Position numbers and translations under genes: made by a program
Shown: in pieces, positions 1-13,283 of the stretch
How positions within the stretch are numbered: the stretch's first letter is position 1
How the letters are laid out: the number at the start of each line of letters is the position of its first letter
Assembly: GCA_965200315.1 (NCBI GenBank)
Contig: OZ241362.1
Location: forward strand, 704,001-768,000
Direction: 5' to 3'
Origin: Candidatus Latescibacterota bacterium
Lineage (GTDB): Bacteria > Latescibacterota > UBA2968 > UBA8231
DNA: 64,000 nt
The notes under the pieces: generated by a model
What the model saw: the letters and a program-made list of their open reading frames with translations, nothing else
What the model was told of the DNA's origin: nothing
Database searches by the model: none

Positions 1-483
1 GAAAGGGCGAGCAAAGTTTTTAAGAAAAAGGTCTTTGAGGTTTATCAGAATGCCGTCGTCCATTCCGAATCAGCACTCGGCGTCTTCGTTTGTGGCCAAT
101 TCTTTCAGCAACAGCGTCGCCTCGACTTCACTATCGCCGATGTCGGTATCGGAATCCGCGAGACCGTCCGTCGTTACTTCAATAATCCCCATATCAATTC
201 TCTCCCGGCCCTCAAATGGGCACTCAAGCCGTTTAACACTACGAAGCACGGCCCTCATCCTGGTGGGATAGGTTTTGAGTTTCTTCAGAAGTTCGCCCGC
301 CTCAATAAAGGGAAGATTCAGATCGCCTCTCGCTTCGGGTTTTACGAGTTGAACCGGGACGAGGAAACCTTTGAGAAGATGGAGGAAGGTTTTCCTGGAA
401 CTGCCGTAACGCTTAGGATCAACACGGCTGATGAAGCGGGCTACTTCTTGAAGAGTGAAATCGACACGGACGACGTGTCTTAA
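1..483 (+). CDS. GHKL/histidine-kinase-like ATPase (anti-sigma-factor-like), 5' truncated by window edge
   Basis: Not in the ORF track. Manual translation of frame 1 is open to TAA at 481-483 and shows the N box FEVYQNAVVHS, G1 box IADVGIGI, G2 box GGIG and terminal FPGTAVTL. Confidence 0.8.
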   Translation, partial: ERASKVFKKKVFEVYQNAVVHSESALGVFVCGQFFQQQRRLDFTIADVGIGIRETVRRYFNNPHINSLPALKWALKPFNTTKHGPHPGGIGFEFLQKFARLNKGKIQIASRFGFYELNRDEETFEKMEEGFPGTAVTLRINTADEAGYFLKSEIDTDDVS

Positions 484-501
484 ACAAGAAAGAGTGAAAC
501 C

Positions 502-861
502 GTGCCTGAACCAATTACTGTGCAAGTGTTTGACATCATCGGCGGTCCTCTGTGCGTATCCGCCAGCGATGGCCAGCGTCTTCACGACAAGATCGCTCCG
601 TTTCTAGAGGCGGAGACGCCGGTTGTCCTTTCGTTCAAGCGGGTAGATATACTTATCTCTGCGTTTCTGAACGCGGCAGTAGGCCAGCTCTACGGCAAGC
701 TGTCCGAGGATCGCCTTGACGAGTTGCTTTCCTTCCGCGACTTGGCTGATGACGACCGTGAAATGCTCGCACATGTCGTCGAAAACGCTAAGCGGTACTT
801 CAGCCGGCCTGAGGATTTTGACCGAGCATGGCGTGAGGAACTGGGCGATGAAGAAGAATAA
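502..861 (+). CDS. STAS-like domain protein (DUF4325-like)
   Basis: 119 aa with DG..L...I, VVLSF..V and ISAFLNAAVGQLY motifs; directly follows the GHKL ATPase. Confidence 0.75.
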   Translation: MPEPITVQVFDIIGGPLCVSASDGQRLHDKIAPFLEAETPVVLSFKRVDILISAFLNAAVGQLYGKLSEDRLDELLSFRDLADDDREMLAHVVENAKRYFSRPEDFDRAWREELGDEEE

Positions 862-1398
862 GGCGCATGATCTGACTGCCTATTCGTTCAGCAAGGGCGA
901 AACTTTCCTACTCGATGCCAACGTATGGCTCTATCTGTATCCACCACCATTCAAAAGCACAAGCAAATTCTCCACTCAATACACCAACGGGTTAAAATCC
1001 ATGCAGTCCGCAGGCGCACAATTGATCATGGACGCGATGGTGCTCAGTGAATATCTGAATGCCTACTGCCGCATTGAGTGGAAGGCCCTGCACCAGATCC
1101 AGTATCCTAAATTCAAGTCATTCCGCAAGTCGGCGGCCTTCAAAGCGGTTGGCAACAGTGCGGCTTCCTCTACGCGCTCCATGCTCAAACTCTGTACCTG
1201 CCACGATCATCCTTTTGCTGCGGCCAATATCAATCAAGTGATGGCTGATTTTGCATCAGGAGCGATTGATTTCAATGACGGCTTACTAGCTGAAACATGT
1301 CGCCATAATGGCTGGAAACTGGTTACGAATGACAGCGATTTTACGTCCGGCGGCATTGAGGTCTTGACCACCAACCCGAGACTCTTAGCCGTCTGCCC

Positions 1399-1402
<4 letters not shown>
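848..1402 (+). CDS. PIN-domain ribonuclease
   Basis: Likely ATG at 848, overlapping the STAS gene end. Acidic PIN motifs LLDANVW, SEY, DFNDGLL and VTNDSDF. Stop overlaps the next ATG (ATGA at 1399-1402). Confidence 0.8.
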
Positions 1403-5081
<3,679 letters not shown>

Positions 5082-5085
<4 letters not shown>

Positions 5086-5427
5086 ATGTGGCCGCCTCGG
5101 AAACATTTATATCAACTATGGTGGACCGCATAGTGAGAGGCTTCCAGCCTTCGCGGGTGGTCCTCTTCGGCTCCCATGCACGGGGCACAGCAACCGAATG
5201 GAGCGACGTTGACTTGCTCGTAATTCTGCCCAATGTGTCCGACAAGCGGCACACGGCCATCGAGATCCGCCGGGCCTTGGGCGATCTGCCAGTTTGCCAG
5301 GACATAAGTAATAGCAACTCCCGAAGAAGTGGCTCGCCGCGGACACCTTGTAGGAACCGCGTTGCGTTCAGCACTCCGCGAAGGGAAAGTTGTCGAACGC
5401 GAGAAATCCCCCACACAGCCCGATTGA
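5082..5427 (+). pseudogene. Minimal nucleotidyltransferase (MNT) with apparent +1 frameshift
   Basis: LFGSHARG...SDVDLLV motif. Removing one A at 5306-5307 restores a typical MNT C-terminus, DIVIATPEEVARRGHLVGTALRSALREGKV, ending at TGA 5425-5427. May be a sequencing error. Confidence 0.7.
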
Positions 5428-5449
5428 CGAACACGAGTGAGGAATAACC

Positions 5450-8400
5450 ATGGCCATTACCAATCAAGAGCGCGTCGGCAAGGCCCTCGAACTCCTCAAG
5501 GACGGCCTCGGCCCCTTTGTCGAGCGCGAGGTGCAAGACAAAATCAAGACCGGCGGCGTACACATGGACACCATCCGACGCTTTGTCGATGATCCACACC
5601 TAGCCGACAAGCCCATAGAGCAGTGGGATGTAGCCGCCCTCCTCAAGCTAATGTGGGAAACGTGGAACGACGCGTTCCGCCATGTACTGGGCCATGCCGA
5701 GCGCAGCCTCGTCAGCGAAATCCGCGACCAGCGCAACAAGTGGGCGCACCAAGACAGCTTCTCCAGCGACGACGCCGACCGCACCCTCGACTCCGTCGCC
5801 CGCCTGCTGACGGCCGTCTCCGCAACGCAAGCAGCCGAGGTCAATCGCATGAAGATGGAGTTGCGCCGTCTAGTCTTTGAGGAACAAGCGCGCAGCGAGC
5901 GGCGGCGCAGCGGCGGCACCACCGTCGAGGGCCAAGCCAGCGGCAGCCTAAAACCCTGGCGCGAGGTCGCGGCCCCGCATCCCGACGTAGCCAGCGGCGG
6001 CTACCAGCAGGCCGAGTTCGCCGCCGACCTGTGGCAGGTCCATCTCGGCGAAGGCACGGACGAGTACCGCAATCCAGTAGAATTCTTCCGCCGCACCTAT
6101 CTGACGGAAAGCCTGAAGAGCCTGCTGAGTGGAGCATTACAGAGGCTGAGCGGTCAGGGCGGCGATCCAGTGGTGGAGCTACAGACCAACTTCGGCGGCG
6201 GCAAGACCCACTCCATGCTGGCCCTGTACCATCTATTCTCTGGAATGCCAACCGGCGAATTGCTGGGCATCGACGACCTGATAGCCTCAGCCGAAATCAC
6301 CGCCCGGCCCGACCACGTCAAACGGGTCGTGCTAGTCGGCAACAAAATCTCGCCCGGCAACCCGTCGGCCAAGGAAGATGGCACCGTGGTCAAAACGCTG
6401 TGGGGCGAACTGGCTTGGCAGCTCGGCGGCCGGGCGGCCTTCGACCAAGTGCGGCAGGACGACGAGCGCGCCACCAGCCCAGGCGACACCCTCCGCGCAC
6501 TAATGAACGAATATGGGCCGTGCCTCATTCTGATCGACGAATGGGTTGCCTATGCCCGCCAGTTGCACGACGACGCCGACCTGCCAGCCGGCAGTTTTGA
6601 AACCCACTTCAGCTTTGCCCAGACCTTGACCGAATCCGCACGAGCGGCGAACTGTTGCCTGCTGGTGATCAGCTTGCCGTCAGCGGATACGACAATCTCC
6701 CCCCATGCCCAAGGTGAAGACGAGGAAGTCGGGGGCCTCCGCGGGCGGGCGGCACTGGCGCGGCTCAAAAACGTCATTGGCCGCGTCGAATCCTCCTGGA
6801 CGCCAGCGAGTACCGAAGAAGGCTTTGAGATCGTGCGCCGCCGGCTGTTTGAACCCTTGAGCGAGCGCGAGCAATTCACGGCCCGCGACAATGTCGCGCG
6901 CACCTTCGCCGACTTCTACCGCGCCCAGCAGGAATTCCCGGCCGAATGCCGAGACGCCGACTACGAGCGCCGCCTGCGCACGGCCTATCCAATTCATCCA
7001 GAAGTCTTCGACCGGCTCTACACAGACTGGTCCGCGCTGGTGAAATTTCAGCGCACACGCGGCGTCCTGCGTCTGATGGCCGCGGTCATCCACAGCCTAT
7101 GGGAATCCGGCGACCGCAACCCCCTGATCATGCCAGCGCACATCCCCATTGACGACCTGCACGTCCGCAACGAGCTGACCCGCTACCTGTCCGACAACTG
7201 GACGCCGATCATCGAAGCGGATGTCGATGGCCCCAATGCGCTGCCGCAGCGCATTGACAGCGAGGTAGCGAACTTGGGCAAGTTCTCGGCAACCCGCCGG
7301 GTGGCGCGCACCGTGTACCTCGGCTCCGCGCCTACGACCTCGGTGGCCAATCGCGGCCTTGAGGACCGCCGCATCAAGCTCGGCTGCGCCATGCCGGGCG
7401 AAACCCCGGCGATCTTTGGCGATGCCCTGCGTCGCCTGAGCACACAGGCGACCTTTCTCTATCAGGATGGCCCGCGCTACTGGTACTCAACCCAGCCTAC
7501 CGTCACTAAGCTGGCAGAAGACCGGGCCGATCAATTCAGACGCGATACCGCGCCAGTAGTGGCCGAGCTCGAACAGCGGTTGCGCTCCGACCTACGCACC
7601 ACCGGCGACTTCCAGCGCATCCATGCGGTGCCGCAATCCGGCGCGGATATCCCCGACGACATGGACACTCGGCTGGTGGTGCTAGGGCCTGAGCACCCGC
7701 ACAGCAGCGGGTCGAACAGTACAGCGCAGGCCGCGGCCACCACCATGCTCGAAAATCGCGGCAACACCCCGCGCCTCTTCCGCAATACGCTGGTCTTTCT
7801 CGCCGTTGATCAGACTCGCCTACAGGACTTGGATGAAGCGGTTCGTCGCTTTTTGGCGTGGTCGTCCATCCTCCAAGACAAGGAAAGCCTAAACCTCGAC
7901 CCGCATCAGGTGCGCCAAGCCGAAGCGCAGTTGAAGTCGGCCGACGACGCGGTGACGGCGCGGCTACCAGAGGCCTACCTGTGGCTCCTCGTGCCGGTGC
8001 AGTCCACGCCCGCGGCCGCAGTCGAGTGGCAGGCTCTGCGGCTGACTGGGCAAGACCCGCTCGCCGTGCGCGTCAGCAAGAAGCTGCGGTCGGAAGAGCT
8101 GTTGGTCCCGGTGCTTGCGGGTACGCGCTTGCGCCTCGAACTCGACCGGGTGCCCTTGTGGCGCGGCGCTCACGTGGAGATCCGCCAGTTGGCAGACCAC
8201 TTCGCCCGCTACCCCTACCTGCCCCGCCTCGCTGGCCCAGCGGTCCTAATTGAGGCCATTCAAGACGGGTTGGGGCTGCTCCTCTGGACAGACGAATCGT
8301 TCGCCTACGCCGATGCCTTCGACGAGGCCACGAGTCGCTATCGCGGACTCCGCTGCGGCCGCGCGGTCGCCCTGCTCAGCCCGGAGAGCGATGGGCTACT

Positions 8401-8779
8401 GGTCAAGCCTGAAGTCGCAATCGCCCAGCAGGAATCCGAGCCAGCGGCCGCCGCAAGCAGGTTGGGCGGTGCTGAGCCAGGGGTCAGCGCGTCGGCCGGT
8501 GCCGGCACCAGCCCAGAGCCGGCACCCGCTCCACCCGAGCAGAAAGCGCGGCGCTTTCACGGGGCCGTGGCCCTCGATGCCACCCGCGTCGGCCGCGACG
8601 CGAGCCAGATCGCCGATGAGGTCATTGCCCATCTAGCCGGCTTGGTAGGTGCAAAAGTGACCGTAACCCTAGAGATAGAGGCCGAAATCCCCTCGGGTGC
8701 GCCCGATCACGTCGTGCGCACCGTCACCGAGAACAGCCGAACGCTCAAGTTCGCCAGTCAGGGTTTTGAACGAGAATAG
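5450..8779 (+). CDS. DUF499-family AAA+ ATPase with N-terminal Swt1-like HEPN domain
   Basis: HEPN RxxxxH motif RNKWAH; EFAADL; Walker A QTNFGGGKTHS; Walker B LILIDEW; AYPIHPE and FQRTRGVLRLMA. Confidence 0.88.
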   Translation: MAITNQERVGKALELLKDGLGPFVEREVQDKIKTGGVHMDTIRRFVDDPHLADKPIEQWDVAALLKLMWETWNDAFRHVLGHAERSLVSEIRDQRNKWAHQDSFSSDDADRTLDSVARLLTAVSATQAAEVNRMKMELRRLVFEEQARSERRRSGGTTVEGQASGSLKPWREVAAPHPDVASGGYQQAEFAADLWQVHLGEGTDEYRNPVEFFRRTYLTESLKSLLSGALQRLSGQGGDPVVELQTNFGGGKTHSMLALYHLFSGMPTGELLGIDDLIASAEITARPDHVKRVVLVGNKISPGNPSAKEDGTVVKTLWGELAWQLGGRAAFDQVRQDDERATSPGDTLRALMNEYGPCLILIDEWVAYARQLHDDADLPAGSFETHFSFAQTLTESARAANCCLLVISLPSADTTISPHAQGEDEEVGGLRGRAALARLKNVIGRVESSWTPASTEEGFEIVRRRLFEPLSEREQFTARDNVARTFADFYRAQQEFPAECRDADYERRLRTAYPIHPEVFDRLYTDWSALVKFQRTRGVLRLMAAVIHSLWESGDRNPLIMPAHIPIDDLHVRNELTRYLSDNWTPIIEADVDGPNALPQRIDSEVANLGKFSATRRVARTVYLGSAPTTSVANRGLEDRRIKLGCAMPGETPAIFGDALRRLSTQATFLYQDGPRYWYSTQPTVTKLAEDRADQFRRDTAPVVAELEQRLRSDLRTTGDFQRIHAVPQSGADIPDDMDTRLVVLGPEHPHSSGSNSTAQAAATTMLENRGNTPRLFRNTLVFLAVDQTRLQDLDEAVRRFLAWSSILQDKESLNLDPHQVRQAEAQLKSADDAVTARLPEAYLWLLVPVQSTPAAAVEWQALRLTGQDPLAVRVSKKLRSEELLVPVLAGTRLRLELDRVPLWRGAHVEIRQLADHFARYPYLPRLAGPAVLIEAIQDGLGLLLWTDESFAYADAFDEATSRYRGLRCGRAVALLSPESDGLLVKPEVAIAQQESEPAAAASRLGGAEPGVSASAGAGTSPEPAPAPPEQKARRFHGAVALDATRVGRDASQIADEVIAHLAGLVGAKVTVTLEIEAEIPSGAPDHVVRTVTENSRTLKFASQGFERE

Positions 8780-8785
8780 ACTCTG

Positions 8786-9092
8786 CTTGGGTGCGCGGGC
8801 GTCTCGCCCGCCTGCGGGCGAGACGCCCGCGCACCCGAGGAGATAGAGAGGGTCCGCGGTCGAAACCCCGAGGGGTTGTCGAGACGCCCGACTGCGTAAC
8901 GTCAGTTAGTGACCTGTCCACCCTCTGACCCGCATGCGAGCGAGACGCCCATTTCAAGTAAGGCAGGCGATCTCCGAAATGCCCTCTGACACGCATGCGG
9001 GCGAGACGCCCATCAAGACCGCTCACTATTGGACCACCAAACCCCTCTGACACGCAAAGCGGGCGAGACGCCCGCGCACCCGGGGAGATAGA
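8786..9092. repeat. REP inverted pair followed by a REP-derived repeat/spacer array with 61-bp period
   Basis: Perfect 23-bp inverted repeat at 8789-8811/8814-8836. CGAGACGCCC at 8819, 8880, 8941, 9002 and 9064. 30-31-nt repeats at 8921-8950, 8982-9011 and 9043-9073, each preceded by a different 31-nt segment. Confidence 0.85.
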
Positions 9093-9098
9093 CTTAGC

Positions 9099-12000
9099 GT
9101 GACGCTTGAAGACCTCCAGCCCAACGCCGCGGTGCGCGGCATTCTCACCGATGGCCTCGCGGTGGTCGTCAGCGTACAGTGGTTTGGCTCCGAGGCCCTC
9201 GAACTGACCTACAAGACGCCGGACGGCAAAGTAGCCAATGAGCTGCTCTACCGCTCCGACGAGGCGCGGCTCGAAGTGGTCCAACAGGGGCCGCCGTGGA
9301 GCTTTGACGGCGATGGGGCCTTGTTCCGGCTGGTGTCTGAGGCCCTGCGTATCCGCTTGGCGCATCTGTTCGATCCCGTCCTAGCGGTCCACACCTCAAT
9401 CGTCGAGCCGTTGCCCCATCAGATCACCGCAGTGTACGAATCCATGCTACCGCGCCAGCCGCTGCGCTTCCTCCTCGCCGACGATCCGGGGGCCGGCAAG
9501 ACCATCATGGCTGGCCTACTCATCAAGGAGCTGATCGCCCGCGGCGATCTCGAACGGTGCCTCATCGTCTGCCCCGGCAGCCTCGCCGAGCAATGGCAGG
9601 ACGAACTCTATCAGCGCTTTGAGTTGCCCTTTGAGATTATGACCAACGACAAACTCGCAGCCGCCCCTACCGGCAATTGGTTTTTGCAAGCCAACCTCGT
9701 CATCGCCCGCCTCGACAAGCTAGCACGCGACGAACAGGTGCAGCAGCAGCTCCAAGCACCAGACGCCGGCTGGGATCTGGTCGTATGCGACGAGGCACAC
9801 AAGATGTCGGCCAGTTTCTTCGGGGGCGAAATTCGCTACACAAAGCGCTATCGGCTAGGACAGTTGTTATCGACATTGACGCGCCACCTCCTGCTGATGA
9901 CGGCGACGCCGCACAACGGCAAGGAAGAAGACTTCCAGCTATTCATGGCACTACTTGACAGCGACCGCTTTGAGGGCCGCTTCCGCGATGGCGTCCACGT
10001 GGCCGATGTCTCGGACCTGATGCGGCGCATGGTCAAGGAGCGGCTGCTCAAGTTCGACGGCAAGCCCCTGTTCCCCGAGCGCATCGCCTATACCGTGCCT
10101 TACCAGCTTTCAGAGGCAGAAGCCCAGCTCTACGAGGCGGTCACCAACTATGTGCGGGAGGAGTTCAATCGGGCGGACGCGCTCGCCAACGCCAAGCGGG
10201 CCGGCACGGTCGGCTTCGCCCTGACGATCCTCCAGCGGCGGCTCGCTTCGTCCCCTGAGGCGATCTACCAGTCGCTACGCCGACGGTGCGAGCGCTTGGA
10301 GCGTCGCCTGTGCGAGTTGGAAAAATCCCGGCGCAACGACGCGGTCGCGTCCACAGCCCCAGCACTCGATGCCGAAGACCTCGAAGACCTCGAAGACTCA
10401 CCAGAGCACGAGGTCGAAGCCGCCGAAACGCGCATCCTCGACCAAGCGACCGCCGCCCGCTCCATCGCCGAACTGAAGGCGGAAATCGACATCCTGAAGA
10501 TGCTAAAAGAGCGCGCGCTTGATGTCCGTCGCCGCGGTGGAGACGCCAAGTGGCGGGAACTGGCAAGCCTGCTCAGCGAGGTTTTTACCGCGTCCGCGAT
10601 AAGCGGCAAAATTGGCGAGCCGACAACGCCCTACGGCGGTGGCAAGCTCCCCCGTCCAGTGCCCTCCCCTACCCAGAAACTGGTGCTCTTCACCGAGCAC
10701 CGCGACACGCTCCACTATCTGCAAGACCGCATCACCACCTTGCTTGGACGTGCGGAGGCGGTGGTCGTCCTGCGTGGAGGCCTAGACCGCGCGGATCGCC
10801 ACCAAGCGCAGGAAGCCTTCCGCCACGACCCCGCGGTCCAGGTGCTATTGGCCACCGATGCCGCTGGCGAAGGAATCAACCTCCAGCGGGCGCACTTGAT
10901 GGTCAACTACGACCTCCCTTGGAACCCGAACCGCCTAGAGCAGCGCTTCGGTCGCATCCACCGAATCGGCCAGACGGAAGTGTGCCATCTGTGGAATCTG
11001 GTCGCGGAAGAAACCCGCGAGGGCGACGTGTACCAGCGCCTGCTGACGAAGCTAGAACAGGCGCGGCAGGCCCTCGGCGGTCAGGTGTTTGACGTGCTCG
11101 GCAAGCTCGAATTCGCGGGCCGACCGTTGCGCGACCTCCTGCTCGAAGCCATCCGCTACGGCGAGCAGCCAAGAGTGCGCGCCCATCTCGACACGGCGGT
11201 CGATCAGGCACTCGACCAAAGCGCACTGCAAGGCCTGTTAGAGGAGCGGCAGCTCGTCCACGACGCAATGGACGCCAACCGCTTGCAGGAGGTGCGCGCA
11301 GAGATGGAGCGGGCCGCGGCACGCCGCCTACAGCCTCATTACATCGAGGCGTTTTTTCTAGAGGCGTTTCAGCGAATCGGTGGTGCGGCCCGGCAGCGCG
11401 AGCCGCGCCGCTACGAGGTTACACATGTCCCCGCGCCAATCCGCACCCAAAGCGTCCCGGTGCTCCCGCGCTACGAACGGATCGCCTTCGACAAATCGCT
11501 GGTGGCGCGGCCGGGGCAGCCAACGGCGGCGTTCGTTTGCCCCGGACACCCCCTGCTCGACGCCGTCCTCGACCTGACCCTGGAGCAGCACCGCGAGCTG
11601 CTCCAGCGCGGAGCGGTCCTAGTCGACGAGCGCGATTTGGGGCCGACACCGCGGGTGCTTTTCTATCTCGAACACGCCATTCAAGACGCGAGCCGGACGC
11701 GGGCCGGCAACCGCCGGATGGTCTCCAAGCAGATGCTCTACGTCGAAATCGACGCCGCTGGCAACGCCCGCCACCTGCACTACGCCCCCTACTTGGACTA
11801 TCGGCCGCTGGGCCAAGACGAGCCTAGCGTTGCGGCCATCTTGGAGCGGCCGGAATGCGCGTGGATCAACCGAGAAGTGGAGCAGAAGGTCCAAGCTCAT
11901 GCCGTCGCTCACGTCGTCCCCGAGCATCTAGCCCAAGTCCGCGAGCCCAAGCTGGCGTTGATCGCCAAGACTGAGGCCGCAGTCCAAGACCGTCTGACCA

Positions 12001-12632
12001 AGGAAATCTCCTACTGGGATCACCGCGCTGAACAACTCAAGCTACAGGAGCAAGCCGGTGCCAGCGGGGCTCGGCTCAACTCGGACGAAGCGCGCAAACG
12101 GGCCGATGCGTTGCAGGCCCGGCTGAGCAAGAGGCTACAGGCATTGCAACTCGAAGCACAGCTTTCGCCGCTACCGCCCGTGGTGCTCGGCGGCTTGCTG
12201 GTCGTGCCGCAGGGAATGATGGACGCTATGGCAGGACGCCGATCGCCGCTGGATACGCAGGAAGTAGGGGCCCGGGCGCGGGCTATTGTCATGGAAGTAG
12301 AACGCGGCCTCGGCTATGAGCCGACCGATCGGGAGTTTGACAAACTCGGCTACGATATCGAGTCGCGGGTGCCCGGCACGGGGCGCCTGCGCTTCATCGA
12401 GGTCAAGGGCCGCGCAAGCGGGGCGGCGACCATTGCGGTGACCAAAAACGAAATTCTCTACAGCCTCAACAAGCCCGACGACTTCATCCTCGCCATAGTC
12501 GAGTTTCTGGATGGCGGCCGGCACCGCGTTAGCTATCTGCGCCACCCCTTCCAACGCGAACCCGACTTTGGCGTCACCAGCGTCCACTACGATTTCGCCA
12601 AGCTGCTAGCGCGGGCCGAGCCTCCAGCCTGA
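9099..12632 (+). CDS. SNF2-family helicase with C-terminal DUF3883 (PD-(D/E)xK) nuclease domain
   Basis: LLADDPGAGKT, DEAH, MTATPHNG, TDAAGEGINLQ and EQRFGRIHRIGQ; C-terminal GYDIES...FIEVKG. GTG start with GGAG RBS. Confidence 0.9.
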   Translation: MTLEDLQPNAAVRGILTDGLAVVVSVQWFGSEALELTYKTPDGKVANELLYRSDEARLEVVQQGPPWSFDGDGALFRLVSEALRIRLAHLFDPVLAVHTSIVEPLPHQITAVYESMLPRQPLRFLLADDPGAGKTIMAGLLIKELIARGDLERCLIVCPGSLAEQWQDELYQRFELPFEIMTNDKLAAAPTGNWFLQANLVIARLDKLARDEQVQQQLQAPDAGWDLVVCDEAHKMSASFFGGEIRYTKRYRLGQLLSTLTRHLLLMTATPHNGKEEDFQLFMALLDSDRFEGRFRDGVHVADVSDLMRRMVKERLLKFDGKPLFPERIAYTVPYQLSEAEAQLYEAVTNYVREEFNRADALANAKRAGTVGFALTILQRRLASSPEAIYQSLRRRCERLERRLCELEKSRRNDAVASTAPALDAEDLEDLEDSPEHEVEAAETRILDQATAARSIAELKAEIDILKMLKERALDVRRRGGDAKWRELASLLSEVFTASAISGKIGEPTTPYGGGKLPRPVPSPTQKLVLFTEHRDTLHYLQDRITTLLGRAEAVVVLRGGLDRADRHQAQEAFRHDPAVQVLLATDAAGEGINLQRAHLMVNYDLPWNPNRLEQRFGRIHRIGQTEVCHLWNLVAEETREGDVYQRLLTKLEQARQALGGQVFDVLGKLEFAGRPLRDLLLEAIRYGEQPRVRAHLDTAVDQALDQSALQGLLEERQLVHDAMDANRLQEVRAEMERAAARRLQPHYIEAFFLEAFQRIGGAARQREPRRYEVTHVPAPIRTQSVPVLPRYERIAFDKSLVARPGQPTAAFVCPGHPLLDAVLDLTLEQHRELLQRGAVLVDERDLGPTPRVLFYLEHAIQDASRTRAGNRRMVSKQMLYVEIDAAGNARHLHYAPYLDYRPLGQDEPSVAAILERPECAWINREVEQKVQAHAVAHVVPEHLAQVREPKLALIAKTEAAVQDRLTKEISYWDHRAEQLKLQEQAGASGARLNSDEARKRADALQARLSKRLQALQLEAQLSPLPPVVLGGLLVVPQGMMDAMAGRRSPLDTQEVGARARAIVMEVERGLGYEPTDREFDKLGYDIESRVPGTGRLRFIEVKGRASGAATIAVTKNEILYSLNKPDDFILAIVEFLDGGRHRVSYLRHPFQREPDFGVTSVHYDFAKLLARAEPPA

Positions 12633-12672
12633 GCAGCTTGCGTCCTGTCGTCCTGTTTAGTTCGCTCCCTAT

Positions 12673-12762
12673 CTCTTCTTTATGGATGGAGCCCAGACCC
12701 ACGGCACCCTCCCCTGGAAAAGCGATGTGCCGCGCCGCGCTGCCCTCTACAAGTACGTCGGC
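12673..12762 (+). pseudogene. C-terminal fragment of a PhyH-family dioxygenase
   Basis: LFFMDGAQTHGTLPWKSDVPRRAALYKY resembles the distal His/Arg motif of PhyH-like enzymes; no N-terminal part is present. Confidence 0.55.
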
Positions 12763-13267
12763 CTCGTCGATCTGATCGGGGTGGATGCCGACGCTGAGGA
12801 CGTATTTGTCCGTATCGAGATCAACCATCTCGCGGCGCTTAAGCAGGCGCTTGGTGTGCGTCCCCGGCAAGACCCGCATACAGCCATTGGCCACTGTCGA
12901 GTCCGTGCCGGCCACCCACAACGTGGTGACTTCCATCGGCTCCAAGGGCCAGTACGAGCCGTCCTGATGCCACTGCACGGCTTGGCCGGTGCTGGGTTTT
13001 TTGGCGATATAGTGCGCCGCGAACATGGCCACATTGGCCCCGAGGAATTGCGCCGCAATATCGACCAGTCGGTCGTCGGTTACTAGGCGGTGCATGAGGA
13101 TCATGCACCATTAGTTCGTGGTGCAAGTGCTCGGGGCGCATTCCCGGATTCTTTTTGACCAACCAGTGGACGTGCTCCACGGTCTCGGCGGCCAGTTCCG
13201 CATCAATGGCCTTGCGGGCAATGCAAAAGCCCTGCTCGTCGTATGCTGGGCGCAGTGTCGTTTCCAT
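12757..13267 (-). pseudogene. Phytanoyl-CoA dioxygenase (PhyH) family, frameshifted and 3'-truncated
   Basis: N-terminus YDEQGF...HHELMVHDP switches frame at about 13096 into MHRLV...WHQDGSYW...NGCMRVLPGTH. Homology ends at DEAD, before the distal His. Confidence 0.7.
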
Positions 13268-13283
13268 TTATTCTTTTGCCCTC

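Noticed and set aside
70-585. 171-aa minus-strand ORF in the track
   Set aside because: Antisense shadow of the plus-strand GHKL ATPase, which has clear motifs.
8819-9073. Calling the 61-bp-period array a canonical CRISPR (type I-E has the same period)
   Set aside because: The repeat is REP-derived and unlike CRISPR repeats I know, there are only three good units, and no leader or cas genes are present. Reported as CRISPR-like only.
8745-9365. 206-aa minus-strand ORF crossing the array
   Set aside because: Mostly antisense to the helicase and made of translated REP sequence; no protein motifs.
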